Below are positions 18,581 to 28,130 of a stretch of 64,000 bases of DNA, one piece after another. The notes beneath the pieces were generated by a model. That model searched no databases. It saw only the letters and a list, made by a program, of their open reading frames with translations, and was not told where the DNA came from. The position numbers and the translations under genes are program-made. This stretch comes from an uncultured Bacteroidota bacterium (GTDB lineage Bacteria; Bacteroidota; Bacteroidia; Chitinophagales; LD1): the NCBI GenBank assembly GCA_937894725.1, contig CALAYL010000055.1:21463-85462 (forward strand), given 5' to 3'. Every line of letters begins with the position of its first letter. Within the stretch, counting starts at the first letter, position 1.

Positions 18581-19477
18581 TTAGAAATATAGCTCGCAGG
18601 CGATGCCGTAGTGGTCGCTCAAATCACTTTTCTTTTTACTCCAGCGGCCTTTTAGTACACTTACCCATCGTTTTTTACTCTTGAATTTTATTCCATTTTT
18701 TTTGATCAAGATATAGTCAAAATTTGTTTTTTTCTTTCCCCATGTTTTAGCTACAATCTCATTAGTAAAACCATCATAGGTTTCTTTTTGAACCCCTTCA
18801 ATCTCACCATCTGTAGCATCAAGTTGCGTGAGCATATTATTATAATCCGTTTCAAACTCACGCTCTGTATTCATATCGCCACAAATGATTTGAGGCACAC
18901 CCTGTTCTTGAAATTTATGGAGCAATTCACTATTCATTTGTTCAAATTGCTTTTCTCTAATTTTGGGTTTGTAATCGGCCTGCATGTGAGTGCCAAGTAG
19001 CTGAAACTTATGCCCATGATGTGCGCCTTCAAGCAATGCAGCACCTTTTTGAGACACTTGATCTACACCGCTTTTTGACTTATATACGATGCTGCCAAGC
19101 ACATTCATTTTAGTTTTGCTTAATATCCATACTCCGCTATTAATTTTAAAAGGGTTCTTTGTTGGATTGAAAGGGCCATACATATATGGATAGGCACTTG
19201 CTAGATTTTCAGCCAAATATTTTTGCGTTTTTTTGTGGAAAGCCTCTTGGAACACAATAATGTCAAAATCGCTATTGCGTAATGTATCTATTATTTTTTT
19301 AGCTCTTTTAGCTCGACTAGGAAGGGGTACAATACTTGGAAGCATATAAATATTCCAGGCGAGTATTTTTAATGATGGTGTTTTATCATTTGTTTGAGCG
19401 ATAGAAGGCTGCATTGTCATGCCAAGCAAAATTATAATTAATATAGGTAGCCATAAATTGGTCGATGTTTTCTCCAT
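18581..19477 (-). CDS. Secreted endonuclease/exonuclease/phosphatase-family protein, sphingomyelinase C-like
   Basis: Signal/TM segment, then the EEP catalytic blocks LKILAWNIYML, DIIVFQEAF, N.SGVWILSK, LGTHMQA, ICGDMN, DYIL and SDHYGI. This order and spacing is as in bacterial neutral sphingomyelinases. Confidence 0.65.
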   Translation of the reverse strand: MEKTSTNLWLPILIIILLGMTMQPSIAQTNDKTPSLKILAWNIYMLPSIVPLPSRAKRAKKIIDTLRNSDFDIIVFQEAFHKKTQKYLAENLASAYPYMYGPFNPTKNPFKINSGVWILSKTKMNVLGSIVYKSKSGVDQVSQKGAALLEGAHHGHKFQLLGTHMQADYKPKIREKQFEQMNSELLHKFQEQGVPQIICGDMNTEREFETDYNNMLTQLDATDGEIEGVQKETYDGFTNEIVAKTWGKKKTNFDYILIKKNGIKFKSKKRWVSVLKGRWSKKKSDLSDHYGIACELYF

Positions 19478-19580
19478 ATCGCTAAAAATAGTACATATCT
19501 TTTACACAAAGAATACCGATTCCCATTTTTCCTTTAAACAATCATAATTTATCTGCAAAGCCTTGTTATCTTCGCAGCGC

Positions 19581-20495
19581 ATGTACAAAAAATACCTAAA
19601 CCCGCAAACGAGCTATGGCCAAGCCTTGCTCTATATGCACCTTTCAGTACTGCTCTGGGGGCTTACAGGAGTGCTCGGTAGAGGCATTCAATTAAACGAA
19701 AGTTTGCTCGTTACTTATCGATTGATATTGACTACTATCACATTAGGTATCCATGCATTTTGGATAAAAAAACTCCTCCTTCCATCTATTAAAGACCTAC
19801 GGCAGATGGCTTTTGTGGGCGTTTTAATTACGATACATTGGTTGTTTTTTTATGCAGCCATTAAAGCATCAAATGTTTCTATTACTTTGAGTATGTTGGC
19901 CTCTCAGGCTTTATTTACCGTTTTTTTTGAGTGGCTTCTTCTAAAAAAGAAAGTAGAAAAGAGTGAACTTATTTTCGGATTTGCGGCTTTAATAGGGATC
20001 TCTATTATTTTCAATGCAGAAGTTTTTTATGGACTTGGTATTTTATTGGCATTGATGGCCGCATTAGTAGGTTCGCTTTTCAATGTGTTTAATAAACCTA
20101 TTGTAACAAAACATGACCCAGTCATGGTTTCATTTGTCGAAATAGCGAGTGGTGTTGCTTTTTTAGTTTGCTTATTACCATTTTATATCAGCTATTTTGA
20201 TGTTCAAAAAATACTGCCTTCCACATTCGACAGCATTCAACTTGTTATTTTGGCGTTCTTTTGTACCCATCTAACATTAGTATTTTCATTAAAAGCATTA
20301 CAAACCCTAGATGCGTTTACACTCAACCTTTCTATCAATCTCGAACCAATTTATGGTGTGAGCCTAGCTTTCTTTTTCTTTAATGAACATGAGCATTTGT
20401 CAATATCGTTTTTTGTGGGTGCGAGTATCATTCTCTTATCTGTGGTAGCGCATGGTTTTTGGGCATCAAAAAAAGTACGATTGTCAGCATCTTAA
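19581..20495 (+). CDS. EamA/DMT-superfamily transporter
   Basis: About 10 predicted TM helices in two homologous halves, a composition typical of EamA domains. The start is ambiguous (TTG 19563 in the track, ATG 19581). Confidence 0.7.
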   Translation: MYKKYLNPQTSYGQALLYMHLSVLLWGLTGVLGRGIQLNESLLVTYRLILTTITLGIHAFWIKKLLLPSIKDLRQMAFVGVLITIHWLFFYAAIKASNVSITLSMLASQALFTVFFEWLLLKKKVEKSELIFGFAALIGISIIFNAEVFYGLGILLALMAALVGSLFNVFNKPIVTKHDPVMVSFVEIASGVAFLVCLLPFYISYFDVQKILPSTFDSIQLVILAFFCTHLTLVFSLKALQTLDAFTLNLSINLEPIYGVSLAFFFFNEHEHLSISFFVGASIILLSVVAHGFWASKKVRLSAS

Positions 20496-20530
20496 AATAA
20501 TTACATTTACGCCCTAAATTTAAATCGGCA

Positions 20531-21922
20531 ATGACACTTATTAAATCCATTTCAGGCATTCGAGGCACTATAGGCGGCTATCCCAACGCAAACTTAACGC
20601 CCCTAGATATTATGAAATATACAGTAGCCTTCGGTACTTGGATACTCGAAACTACAGGAAATCGAAAGATAGTGATAGGACGCGATGCCCGTATTTCTGG
20701 CCCTATGGTCAATCAGATTGTATGTGGTAGCTTGATGTCGATAGGTATGGATGTGGTCGATTTAGGACTTTCTACAACTCCTACAGTCGAACTTGCTGTA
20801 CATGCAGAGCGAGCTGGAGGAGGTATCATCATTACTGCCAGCCATAATCCAAAACAATGGAACGCACTCAAATTACTCAATTCGCATGGCGAATTTCTTT
20901 CTGCCAAAGCTGGCGATGAGGTACTTAGAATAGCGGAGGACAAAACAATCGAGTATGAAGATGTGAATAGCCTAGGTAGCTATTCGCAAGATGATACATA
21001 CATAGATAAGCACATTGCAGATATTTTGAAATTGAAACTAGTGGACATAGAGGCTATAAAAGCGAAGCACTTTAAAGTAGCTATAGACTGTGTCAACTCA
21101 ACAGGCGGAATTGCTTTACCAAAATTGTTGAATGCATTGGGCGTGTCAGAGGTGATCGAACTTTATACCGAACCCAATGGCGATTTCCCACACAATCCAG
21201 AGCCACTAGCCGAAAACTTGACTGAGATTTCAAAAGTGGTAAAAGAGCAAAAAGCAGACTTAGGTATAGTAGTAGATCCTGATGTAGATAGATTGGCGTT
21301 AGTTTCAGAAACGGGCGATATGTTTGGTGAGGAGTACACTTTGGTAGCTGTAGCAGACTATATTTTGAAAAACAAAAAAGGGAACACCGTTTCAAATCTT
21401 TCCTCTACACGAGCATTGAAGGATGTGACAGAAGGTTATGGGGGCACCTACTACACCTCAGCAGTAGGAGAGGTCAATGTAGTGCAAAAAATGAAAGAGG
21501 AAAGAGCGATTATAGGAGGTGAAGGCAATGGCGGAATAATTTATCCAGAGTTGCATTATGGTAGAGATGCTTTAGTCGGTATAGCACTGTTTTTGACACA
21601 CTTGGCTAAAAGCGGACTCAAAACAAGTGAGCTAAGGGCGAGCTATCCCAATTATTTTATAGCCAAAAAGAAAATTGATTTAGACCTTGGCGCTAACATT
21701 GAAAAGATTTTTGATGCTATAGAAACTAAGTACGATAAATACGAAGCGAATACAGAAGATGGACTTAAAATATCTTTTGAAAAGGATTGGGTGCACCTTC
21801 GTAGATCAAATACAGAGCCTATTATCCGCATTTATGCAGAGAGTGAGTCTGAAACGAGTGCAGATGAGCTAGCGGACAAAATCATTCAAGACATCAAGTT
21901 TTATTCAAGCACAAAAGCTTGA
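20531..21922 (+). CDS. glmM: Phosphoglucosamine mutase (alpha-D-phosphohexomutase family)
   Basis: Active-site ITASHNPKQWNALK, metal loop DPDVDRL, sugar-binding GGEGNGG. The 463-aa length is typical of the Bacteroidota GlmM type. Confidence 0.85.
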   Translation: MTLIKSISGIRGTIGGYPNANLTPLDIMKYTVAFGTWILETTGNRKIVIGRDARISGPMVNQIVCGSLMSIGMDVVDLGLSTTPTVELAVHAERAGGGIIITASHNPKQWNALKLLNSHGEFLSAKAGDEVLRIAEDKTIEYEDVNSLGSYSQDDTYIDKHIADILKLKLVDIEAIKAKHFKVAIDCVNSTGGIALPKLLNALGVSEVIELYTEPNGDFPHNPEPLAENLTEISKVVKEQKADLGIVVDPDVDRLALVSETGDMFGEEYTLVAVADYILKNKKGNTVSNLSSTRALKDVTEGYGGTYYTSAVGEVNVVQKMKEERAIIGGEGNGGIIYPELHYGRDALVGIALFLTHLAKSGLKTSELRASYPNYFIAKKKIDLDLGANIEKIFDAIETKYDKYEANTEDGLKISFEKDWVHLRRSNTEPIIRIYAESESETSADELADKIIQDIKFYSSTKA

Positions 21923-22477
21923 TTACTCCACTAAGTCTGCTAAGCGATTTATTTTAAAATCAACCAAAACAGATTCAACCTGATCTGAACTTTCTTTTTC
22001 GGAAATAAAAATGGTAAACATACCCGCATTTCGGCCAAACTCCATGTCTGTAATCGAGTCGCCTACAATGATAGACTTTGCGAAATCAATTTCATCAAAA
22101 TCACTTTGGGCCTGCATAGCCATGCCTATCTTAGGTTTTCTAAGTCCAAAAATATCATCTTCGGCTAGGGTAGTGGCCGCATAGATTGAGTCAAGTCTGC
22201 CGCCTTTGGATTGTATTTCAGCTAGCATATTTCGGTGAATATCAAGTAAGGTTTCTTCACTCATTTTACCTTTTCCTACGCCTTGCTGATTTGTCACTAC
22301 TACAATACGGCCAAAAAGGGCACTACACTTTACGATAGCATCGATAGCCCCATCAAGAAAATAAAACTCATCCCATGTCTTTACATAATCCTTCGGAAAA
22401 TGTAAATTAATCACCCCATCTCGGTCGAGAAATAGTGTCCAACTCTTATCTACTTTCAATTGGTCAAAAATATTCAT
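21923..22477 (-). CDS. HAD-IIIA phosphatase, D-glycero-D-manno-heptose 1,7-bisphosphate phosphatase (GmhB)-like
   Basis: Motifs FLDRDGVIN (motif I), VVVTNQ.GV (motif II) and VGDS.TD (motif IV). Confidence 0.7.
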   Translation of the reverse strand: MNIFDQLKVDKSWTLFLDRDGVINLHFPKDYVKTWDEFYFLDGAIDAIVKCSALFGRIVVVTNQQGVGKGKMSEETLLDIHRNMLAEIQSKGGRLDSIYAATTLAEDDIFGLRKPKIGMAMQAQSDFDEIDFAKSIIVGDSITDMEFGRNAGMFTIFISEKESSDQVESVLVDFKINRLADLVE

Positions 22478-23175
22478 ATATCAAACTTTTGTGGCAATTC
22501 TTCTTGCGCTTTTTTATAATCATCAGGTATGCCTATATCGATAAAATAGCCATCCGTTTCAAATCCGCAAACTTTTATATCGAGGAGCTTTGGTGTCAAA
22601 AAATCTACTTCAAATGAAAATTTTGTGGGCATTTTTTCTTTTTCAAATATAGCCTTAGAACAGATATATACCCCTGCATTTATTAGCCCATTTTCGCAAT
22701 ATTTCTTCTCATTAAAGCGAACTATCCTATTGTTTTCTATCGACACAGTTCCATATCTATCAAAATCAGTCATTCGTTTTAAGCTCATCGTTAAATCGGC
22801 CTCTTGGCTAGTGTGGTAATGGTAAAGAGCCGTTAAGTCTATTTCCAAAAAAGTGTCTCCATTTAATATCAGTGCATCACCCGTAGTCTTAGAGATAGCT
22901 TGCTGTATGCCTCCTCCGGTACCGAGCGGAGTTGACTCTATGCTATATTCAATTTCGATACCAAGATAGTTATATCCCAAATGGGTAATAATTTTTTCAT
23001 GAAGATAACCCACCGCCAGCACTACTTTCTCAACCTTATACTTCGTTAAATATACAAAAAGGTAATGTAGAAATGGCTTCGAATCTATTGTAGCCATAGG
23101 TTTTGGTACATCCGATACCACTGATTGTAGTCGAGTACCGAATCCGCCTGCGAGTATAATAGCTGTTTTTATCAT
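22474..23175 (-). CDS. Sugar-phosphate nucleotidyltransferase (HddC/GMP-like)
   Basis: MIKTAIILAGGFGTRLQ...PKPM signature. I prefer the start at ATG 23175 because the track ORF's 30-aa N-terminal extension has no homology logic. Its stop overlaps the start of the GmhB-like gene by 4 nt. Confidence 0.75.
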   Translation of the reverse strand: MIKTAIILAGGFGTRLQSVVSDVPKPMATIDSKPFLHYLFVYLTKYKVEKVVLAVGYLHEKIITHLGYNYLGIEIEYSIESTPLGTGGGIQQAISKTTGDALILNGDTFLEIDLTALYHYHTSQEADLTMSLKRMTDFDRYGTVSIENNRIVRFNEKKYCENGLINAGVYICSKAIFEKEKMPTKFSFEVDFLTPKLLDIKVCGFETDGYFIDIGIPDDYKKAQEELPQKFDI

Positions 23176-23275
23176 TTCCGAAAAATAGAAATAAATATCT
23201 AATCTCATTTTTTTGGACGGAGTACCTTTACACAACTCAAAAAAATAGTTTAGGTTAGCACTCATTGAATAATCT

Positions 23276-24409
23276 ATGAAAGTTGTATTACTCGGATCTG
23301 CACATCCACTTCGTGGTGGATTAGCTACTTACAATGAGCGTTTGGCTAGAGCTTATCAGCAAGCGGGACATGAAGTAGTGATTTATACGTTTAGTTTGCA
23401 ATATCCTGATTTTCTTTTTCCAGGTACTACACAATACAGTGACCAAGCTGCACCAGTTGATTTAGATATTCGTGTAGCCGTCAACAGTATCAACCCTTTC
23501 AACTGGTGGAGTGTAGGCAATAAAATCAAAAATGAGCAGCCCGATTTGTTGCTTATCAAGTTTTGGTTGCCCTTTATGGCACCATGTTTGGGCGTGATTG
23601 CACGCTTGGTAAAGAGGAATGGAAAGACCAAAGTAATTTCTATTATTGACAATATAATACCTCACGAAAAACGTATAGGAGATTTTAATCTTGCTCGATT
23701 TTTCGTCAAAAGTGTTGATGGATTTATAGCCCAATCAAAATCAGTTTTAGCGGATTTAGACTTATTTGACAAGTATAAACCTAAGTCATTTTCACCTCAT
23801 CCACTTTATGACAATTTTGGTGAAGCTATCTCTAAAGTAAATGCCAGACAGTTATTGAGTTTAGCAGTTGACAAAAAATACATACTTTTCTTTGGGTTTA
23901 TTCGCGATTACAAAGGCTTAGATATTTTGCTCGATGTGATGGCTGATGAAAGGATTCGTAAATTGAATGTTTCACTTATCGTTGCAGGTGAATTTTATGC
24001 CGATGCGACTCCTTACTTAGACCAAATAAAGCGACTAAATATTCAAGAAAATGTAGTGCTCAAAACGGATTTTATTCCTGATGATAAAGTAGCGAGTTTC
24101 TTTTGTGCAGCAGATATGATAGTACAGCCATATAAACATGCTACACAGAGCGGAGTGACTCAGATTTGCTACCATTTCGACAAGCCAATGTTGGTTACAA
24201 ATGTAGGCGGATTACCTGAAATCGTACCGAATGATAAAGTAGGATTTGTGACTGAAGTTTCTGTTAAGGATATTGCTGACGCTCTATTGCGATTTTATAA
24301 GGAAGAAAAGGAAGATGTTTTTATAGCTAATATTAAAGTCGAAAAGAAGAAATATAGTTGGGAAATGATGATGGAAGCTATATCTCAGGTTACTCAAAAG
24401 ATAAAATGA
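23276..24409 (+). CDS. Glycosyltransferase family 4 (GT-B, group 1)
   Basis: 377 aa. The C-terminal half carries the GT1/GT4 pattern (FFGFIRDYKGLD..., E..G....E, PEIV). Confidence 0.75.
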   Translation: MKVVLLGSAHPLRGGLATYNERLARAYQQAGHEVVIYTFSLQYPDFLFPGTTQYSDQAAPVDLDIRVAVNSINPFNWWSVGNKIKNEQPDLLLIKFWLPFMAPCLGVIARLVKRNGKTKVISIIDNIIPHEKRIGDFNLARFFVKSVDGFIAQSKSVLADLDLFDKYKPKSFSPHPLYDNFGEAISKVNARQLLSLAVDKKYILFFGFIRDYKGLDILLDVMADERIRKLNVSLIVAGEFYADATPYLDQIKRLNIQENVVLKTDFIPDDKVASFFCAADMIVQPYKHATQSGVTQICYHFDKPMLVTNVGGLPEIVPNDKVGFVTEVSVKDIADALLRFYKEEKEDVFIANIKVEKKKYSWEMMMEAISQVTQKIK

Positions 24410-24531
24410 TAATTTCTAAGGTTATCTACCAACCGTTTGGTACGTGTAAAGTTTTCCTAAAATGATTTGGAATTATAATTAAATGCCCTTACTTCGTCCT
24501 ACCAAAAATTACAAACCCAAAATCAAACCTC

Positions 24532-25971
24532 ATGGCTAAATCTCAACCAGATAATAAAAGCTTAAATGAACTTAGCTTTTCTCAATCTGTTTCGTATTAT
24601 TTCGACAAGGCAGCACCATTTACCAAAGCTCCAAAAGGACTATTGGAACAAATCAAAGCCTGCAACTCTATTTACAAAATGAACTTTCCAGTAAAATTTG
24701 GAAATGAAATCAAAGTTGTAGAAGCATATCGTGTGCAACACTCACATCACCGTATGCCAACCAAAGGAGGTATTCGATTTTCTTTGCATGTAGATCAAGA
24801 CGAGGTGATGGCGTTGGCTGCACTTATGACCTACAAATGTGCTATCGTGGATGTTCCATTTGGTGGAGCTAAAGGAGGTATCAAAATTTCTCCAAGAAAT
24901 ACACCACCAGAAGTACTCGAGTCAATCACACGTAGATATACTACAGAGCTAGTAAAGAAAAACTTTATTGGTCCAGGACTTGATGTGCCAGCACCAGATT
25001 ATGGTACAGGTGAAAAAGAAATGGCTATCATCATGGATACTTATATGACTTTGAAGCCAGGAGAAGTAGATGGCTACGCTTGTGTGACTGGCAAACCAGT
25101 ATCTCAAAACGGTATCAAAGGTCGTACTGCCGCTACGGGAAGAGGCGTAGTGTATGCCTTAGCGCAAGTATGTTCATACAAAGATGATATGAAAAAACTT
25201 GGATTAGAACCAGGCTTGGCGGGCAAGAGAGTGATCATACAAGGCCTTGGAAACGTAGGCTACCATACTGCGGAAATATTGAAAGAGTATGATGCAAAAG
25301 TAATTGCTATATCAGAAATGGAAGGAGCTATCTATTCTGATAAAGGCCTTGATGCCCTCGAGGTATGGAAACATAGAACAGCTACTGGTTCAATCCTAAA
25401 TTTCCCTGGAGCTAAGAATATCAAAAAGACATCAGATGCGCTTGAATTGGAATGCGATATTTTAGTACCTGCAGCACTCGAAAAACAGATTACTGAGGTA
25501 AACGCACCAAAGATTAAAGCTCGAATCATCATCGAAGCAGCTAATGGCCCCATCACTCCAGCTGCCGAAGTGATTTTGAATAAAAATGGAATCATGATTG
25601 TGCCTGATGTTTATGCAAATGCAGGTGGTGTAACGGTTTCCTATTTTGAATGGTTAAAAAACCTATCCCATGTTCGTTTCGGTCGTATGCAAAAGCGATT
25701 TGAAGAAAAAGGACAGCAAAATATGATAGAGCTTGTAGAGTCCATTACAGGGCAAAAAGCATCTAAAGCGCAAATACAAAAAGTAATACATGGTGCGGAT
25801 GAGATTGACTTGGTCAACTCTGGACTTGAAGACACGATGATTAAAGCATACAATGATATTCGTGAATTCTACAAGGAAAATAAAAACATTCATGATTTGA
25901 GAACCGCTGCCTTTGGGGTTTCTATCAATAAAATCAAAAACGCCTACTACGCCATGGGCATATTTCCATAA
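24532..25971 (+). CDS. Glu/Leu/Phe/Val-family dehydrogenase (probable glutamate dehydrogenase)
   Basis: Catalytic lysine block [18 protein letters not shown] and the Rossmann motif IQGLGNVG. Confidence 0.88.
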   Translation: MAKSQPDNKSLNELSFSQSVSYYFDKAAPFTKAPKGLLEQIKACNSIYKMNFPVKFGNEIKVVEAYRVQHSHHRMPTKGGIRFSLHVDQDEVMALAALMTYKCAIVDVPFGGAKGGIKISPRNTPPEVLESITRRYTTELVKKNFIGPGLDVPAPDYGTGEKEMAIIMDTYMTLKPGEVDGYACVTGKPVSQNGIKGRTAATGRGVVYALAQVCSYKDDMKKLGLEPGLAGKRVIIQGLGNVGYHTAEILKEYDAKVIAISEMEGAIYSDKGLDALEVWKHRTATGSILNFPGAKNIKKTSDALELECDILVPAALEKQITEVNAPKIKARIIIEAANGPITPAAEVILNKNGIMIVPDVYANAGGVTVSYFEWLKNLSHVRFGRMQKRFEEKGQQNMIELVESITGQKASKAQIQKVIHGADEIDLVNSGLEDTMIKAYNDIREFYKENKNIHDLRTAAFGVSINKIKNAYYAMGIFP

Positions 25972-25992
25972 TGTTATCTTTTCAAAAAAATC

Positions 25993-26018
25993 AAAAAGCC
26001 ACCGAGAGGTGGCTTTTT
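25993..26018 (+). terminator. Rho-independent terminator after the dehydrogenase gene
   Basis: Perfect 11-bp stem aaaaagccacc / ggtggcttttt with loop gaga and a T-run in the 3' arm, 21 nt past the stop codon. Confidence 0.8.
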
Positions 26019-26063
26019 GATTTAAAAACAATTTCAATAGAATGGCGTTAGGTAAATAAAAAA

Positions 26064-26789
26064 ATGATGAAATCTTTTATAAAAATTGGAATTTTCGCAA
26101 CTATATTATTAGTAATCTCTAGTTCGTGCGGAGTGCAAAGAGGAGCAGAGAAGCAATTTTCCAAACTCAATATAAATGAACCCTACGATGTCGTAATTGT
26201 ACCTGGTGCTCCTGTAGGAGATGAAAATTTGGGTAGTATTTTGGCTGCTCGTATAGCCTGGTCAAAATATTTATTTGATAGTGGGTTTACTAAAAATGTG
26301 ATTTATTCTGGAGCAGCAGTAGAAACACCTTATATTGAAGGTGTAGCCATGAAAACGTATGCAGAGTATTTAGGCTTACCTGCAGCAAACACTTTCGCTG
26401 AAACAAAAGCAGAGCATAGCACAGAGAATATTTATAATGGAGTGAAACTTGCACGAAAACTTGGATTTAAAAAAATAGCACTAGCTACAGATCCTTTTCA
26501 AAATGCGATGTTATCGTCTTTTATGAAACGAAGATTGAAAGATGTAGGCGCTATACCTATAGTTTTTAGACGAATTTTTAAAGATAAAAATGAATATAAC
26601 GAACTGCCCAAAGTGAATGTAGAAATAGCTCATGTAGATGAAAATGAATTTATACCGCTACATGCTAGAGAGTCTTTTTTTAAGCGTTTGGCTGGCACAT
26701 TTGGAAGTAACATCCCCAAAGACGATATTGTATTAGAACTACCTGACAATAAGTATCAAGCCCATTTAGACACAATACCTTCCAAATAA
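26064..26789 (+). CDS. YdcF/ElyC-family (DUF218) lipoprotein
   Basis: Lipobox (LLVISSSC). DUF218 pattern YDVVIVPGAP...R...A..L...G....VIYSG. Confidence 0.65.
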   Translation: MMKSFIKIGIFATILLVISSSCGVQRGAEKQFSKLNINEPYDVVIVPGAPVGDENLGSILAARIAWSKYLFDSGFTKNVIYSGAAVETPYIEGVAMKTYAEYLGLPAANTFAETKAEHSTENIYNGVKLARKLGFKKIALATDPFQNAMLSSFMKRRLKDVGAIPIVFRRIFKDKNEYNELPKVNVEIAHVDENEFIPLHARESFFKRLAGTFGSNIPKDDIVLELPDNKYQAHLDTIPSK

Positions 26790-26880
26790 AAGGAAGGCTT
26801 TAATGCCTTACTTCTTACTTTAGTTTAAGTTAAAAAGTTGCTATTATTGTGCATTCTTTTTCACTCTTAAACAATATAAA

Positions 26881-28038
26881 ATGCTTACTCCTCGCTCCAT
26901 TTACAACGAAGAACATCTCATGTTTGCCCAATCAGTACGTGATTTTTTATCCAAAGAAATTGTACCACATCATGCACAATGGGAAAAAGACAAAATGGTA
27001 TCGAGAGAGAGCTGGAAGCTATTTGGCGAAGCGGGATATCTCTGTCCGCAGGTAGATGAGCAATACGGTGGACTAGGGCTAAAAGATTTTAGATACAACG
27101 CCATAATAATTGAAGAAATAGCCAAACTAGGACTAGCATCGGAGGCAGTTGGCTATCCACTACATAGCGATATCGTTTGCCCTTATATAGAACATTATGG
27201 CACAGAGTTTATCAAAAACAAATGGCTACCTAAAATGGTAGCAGGAGAAGCTATTGCCGCTATCGCTATGACTGAACCAGGCGCTGGAAGCGACCTTCAG
27301 GGTATGCGCGCTACGGCTATCAAGAATGGCGACCACTACATAATTAATGGCTCAAAGACGTTTATCACCAACGGATACCTCAGCGATGTGTGTGTGGTAG
27401 CGGCTAAAACCGATCCGACTAAAGGCGCTAAAGGCATTAGTTTATTTTTGATAGAATCAGGAATGAAAGGTTATACCAAAGGCAAACCATTCGAAAAAGT
27501 AGGCTTGCACGCCCAAGATACCTGTGAATTGTTTTTTGAAAATGTAGTTGTACCTGTAGAAAATTTATTAGGTGTAGAAGGCGAAGGATTTAAATATTTA
27601 ATGACGGAGTTATCTCAAGAACGTTTGGTCGTGGGACTCGGTGCTATTGGTGCTGCCGAAGGTTTGTTAGCGGTGACTATTCAATACACAAAAGATAGAC
27701 AAGCATTCGGAAAGCCTATTGCCGAACTACAAAATATCCGATTTAAACTTGCTGAAATGGCCGCAGAAGTCAATATTGGGCGTGTTTATACCGACCATTG
27801 TGTACAGCTACATCTAGAAGGAAAACTAGAGGCTGCGGCTGCCTCTGCCTGCAAATATTGGCTCTCAGACCTTCAGTGCAAAGTGGCCGATGAGTGTGTG
27901 CAGATACATGGTGGATATGGCTACATGTGGGAATACCAAGCGGCTAGAGCCTTTGCTGACGCTAGGGTACAACGCATTTACGCAGGAACTAACGAAATCA
28001 TGAAAGAACTCATTGCTCGTAGCGTATTGAAAGCGTAA
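26881..28038 (+). CDS. Acyl-CoA dehydrogenase
   Basis: 385 aa. Motifs AMTEPGAGSD, ...KTFITNG..., QIHGGYGY and a catalytic region consistent with the ACAD family. Confidence 0.9.
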   Translation: MLTPRSIYNEEHLMFAQSVRDFLSKEIVPHHAQWEKDKMVSRESWKLFGEAGYLCPQVDEQYGGLGLKDFRYNAIIIEEIAKLGLASEAVGYPLHSDIVCPYIEHYGTEFIKNKWLPKMVAGEAIAAIAMTEPGAGSDLQGMRATAIKNGDHYIINGSKTFITNGYLSDVCVVAAKTDPTKGAKGISLFLIESGMKGYTKGKPFEKVGLHAQDTCELFFENVVVPVENLLGVEGEGFKYLMTELSQERLVVGLGAIGAAEGLLAVTIQYTKDRQAFGKPIAELQNIRFKLAEMAAEVNIGRVYTDHCVQLHLEGKLEAAAASACKYWLSDLQCKVADECVQIHGGYGYMWEYQAARAFADARVQRIYAGTNEIMKELIARSVLKA

Positions 28039-28130
28039 ATTTTTTCTCATTATTAGTATGTTTGGAAATCAATTAGAAATATCCTATTGATTTAGCTTTT
28101 TATACAAAAAAAGTAATTTAATATAACCCT

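Noticed and set aside
24497-24531. A 35-nt G-free, C/A-rich leader immediately upstream of the glutamate dehydrogenase start.
   Set aside because: It is consistent with the unstructured A-rich translation-initiation regions general to Bacteroidota. By my rough estimate, G-free runs of this length are expected a few times by chance in 64 kb of AT-rich DNA.
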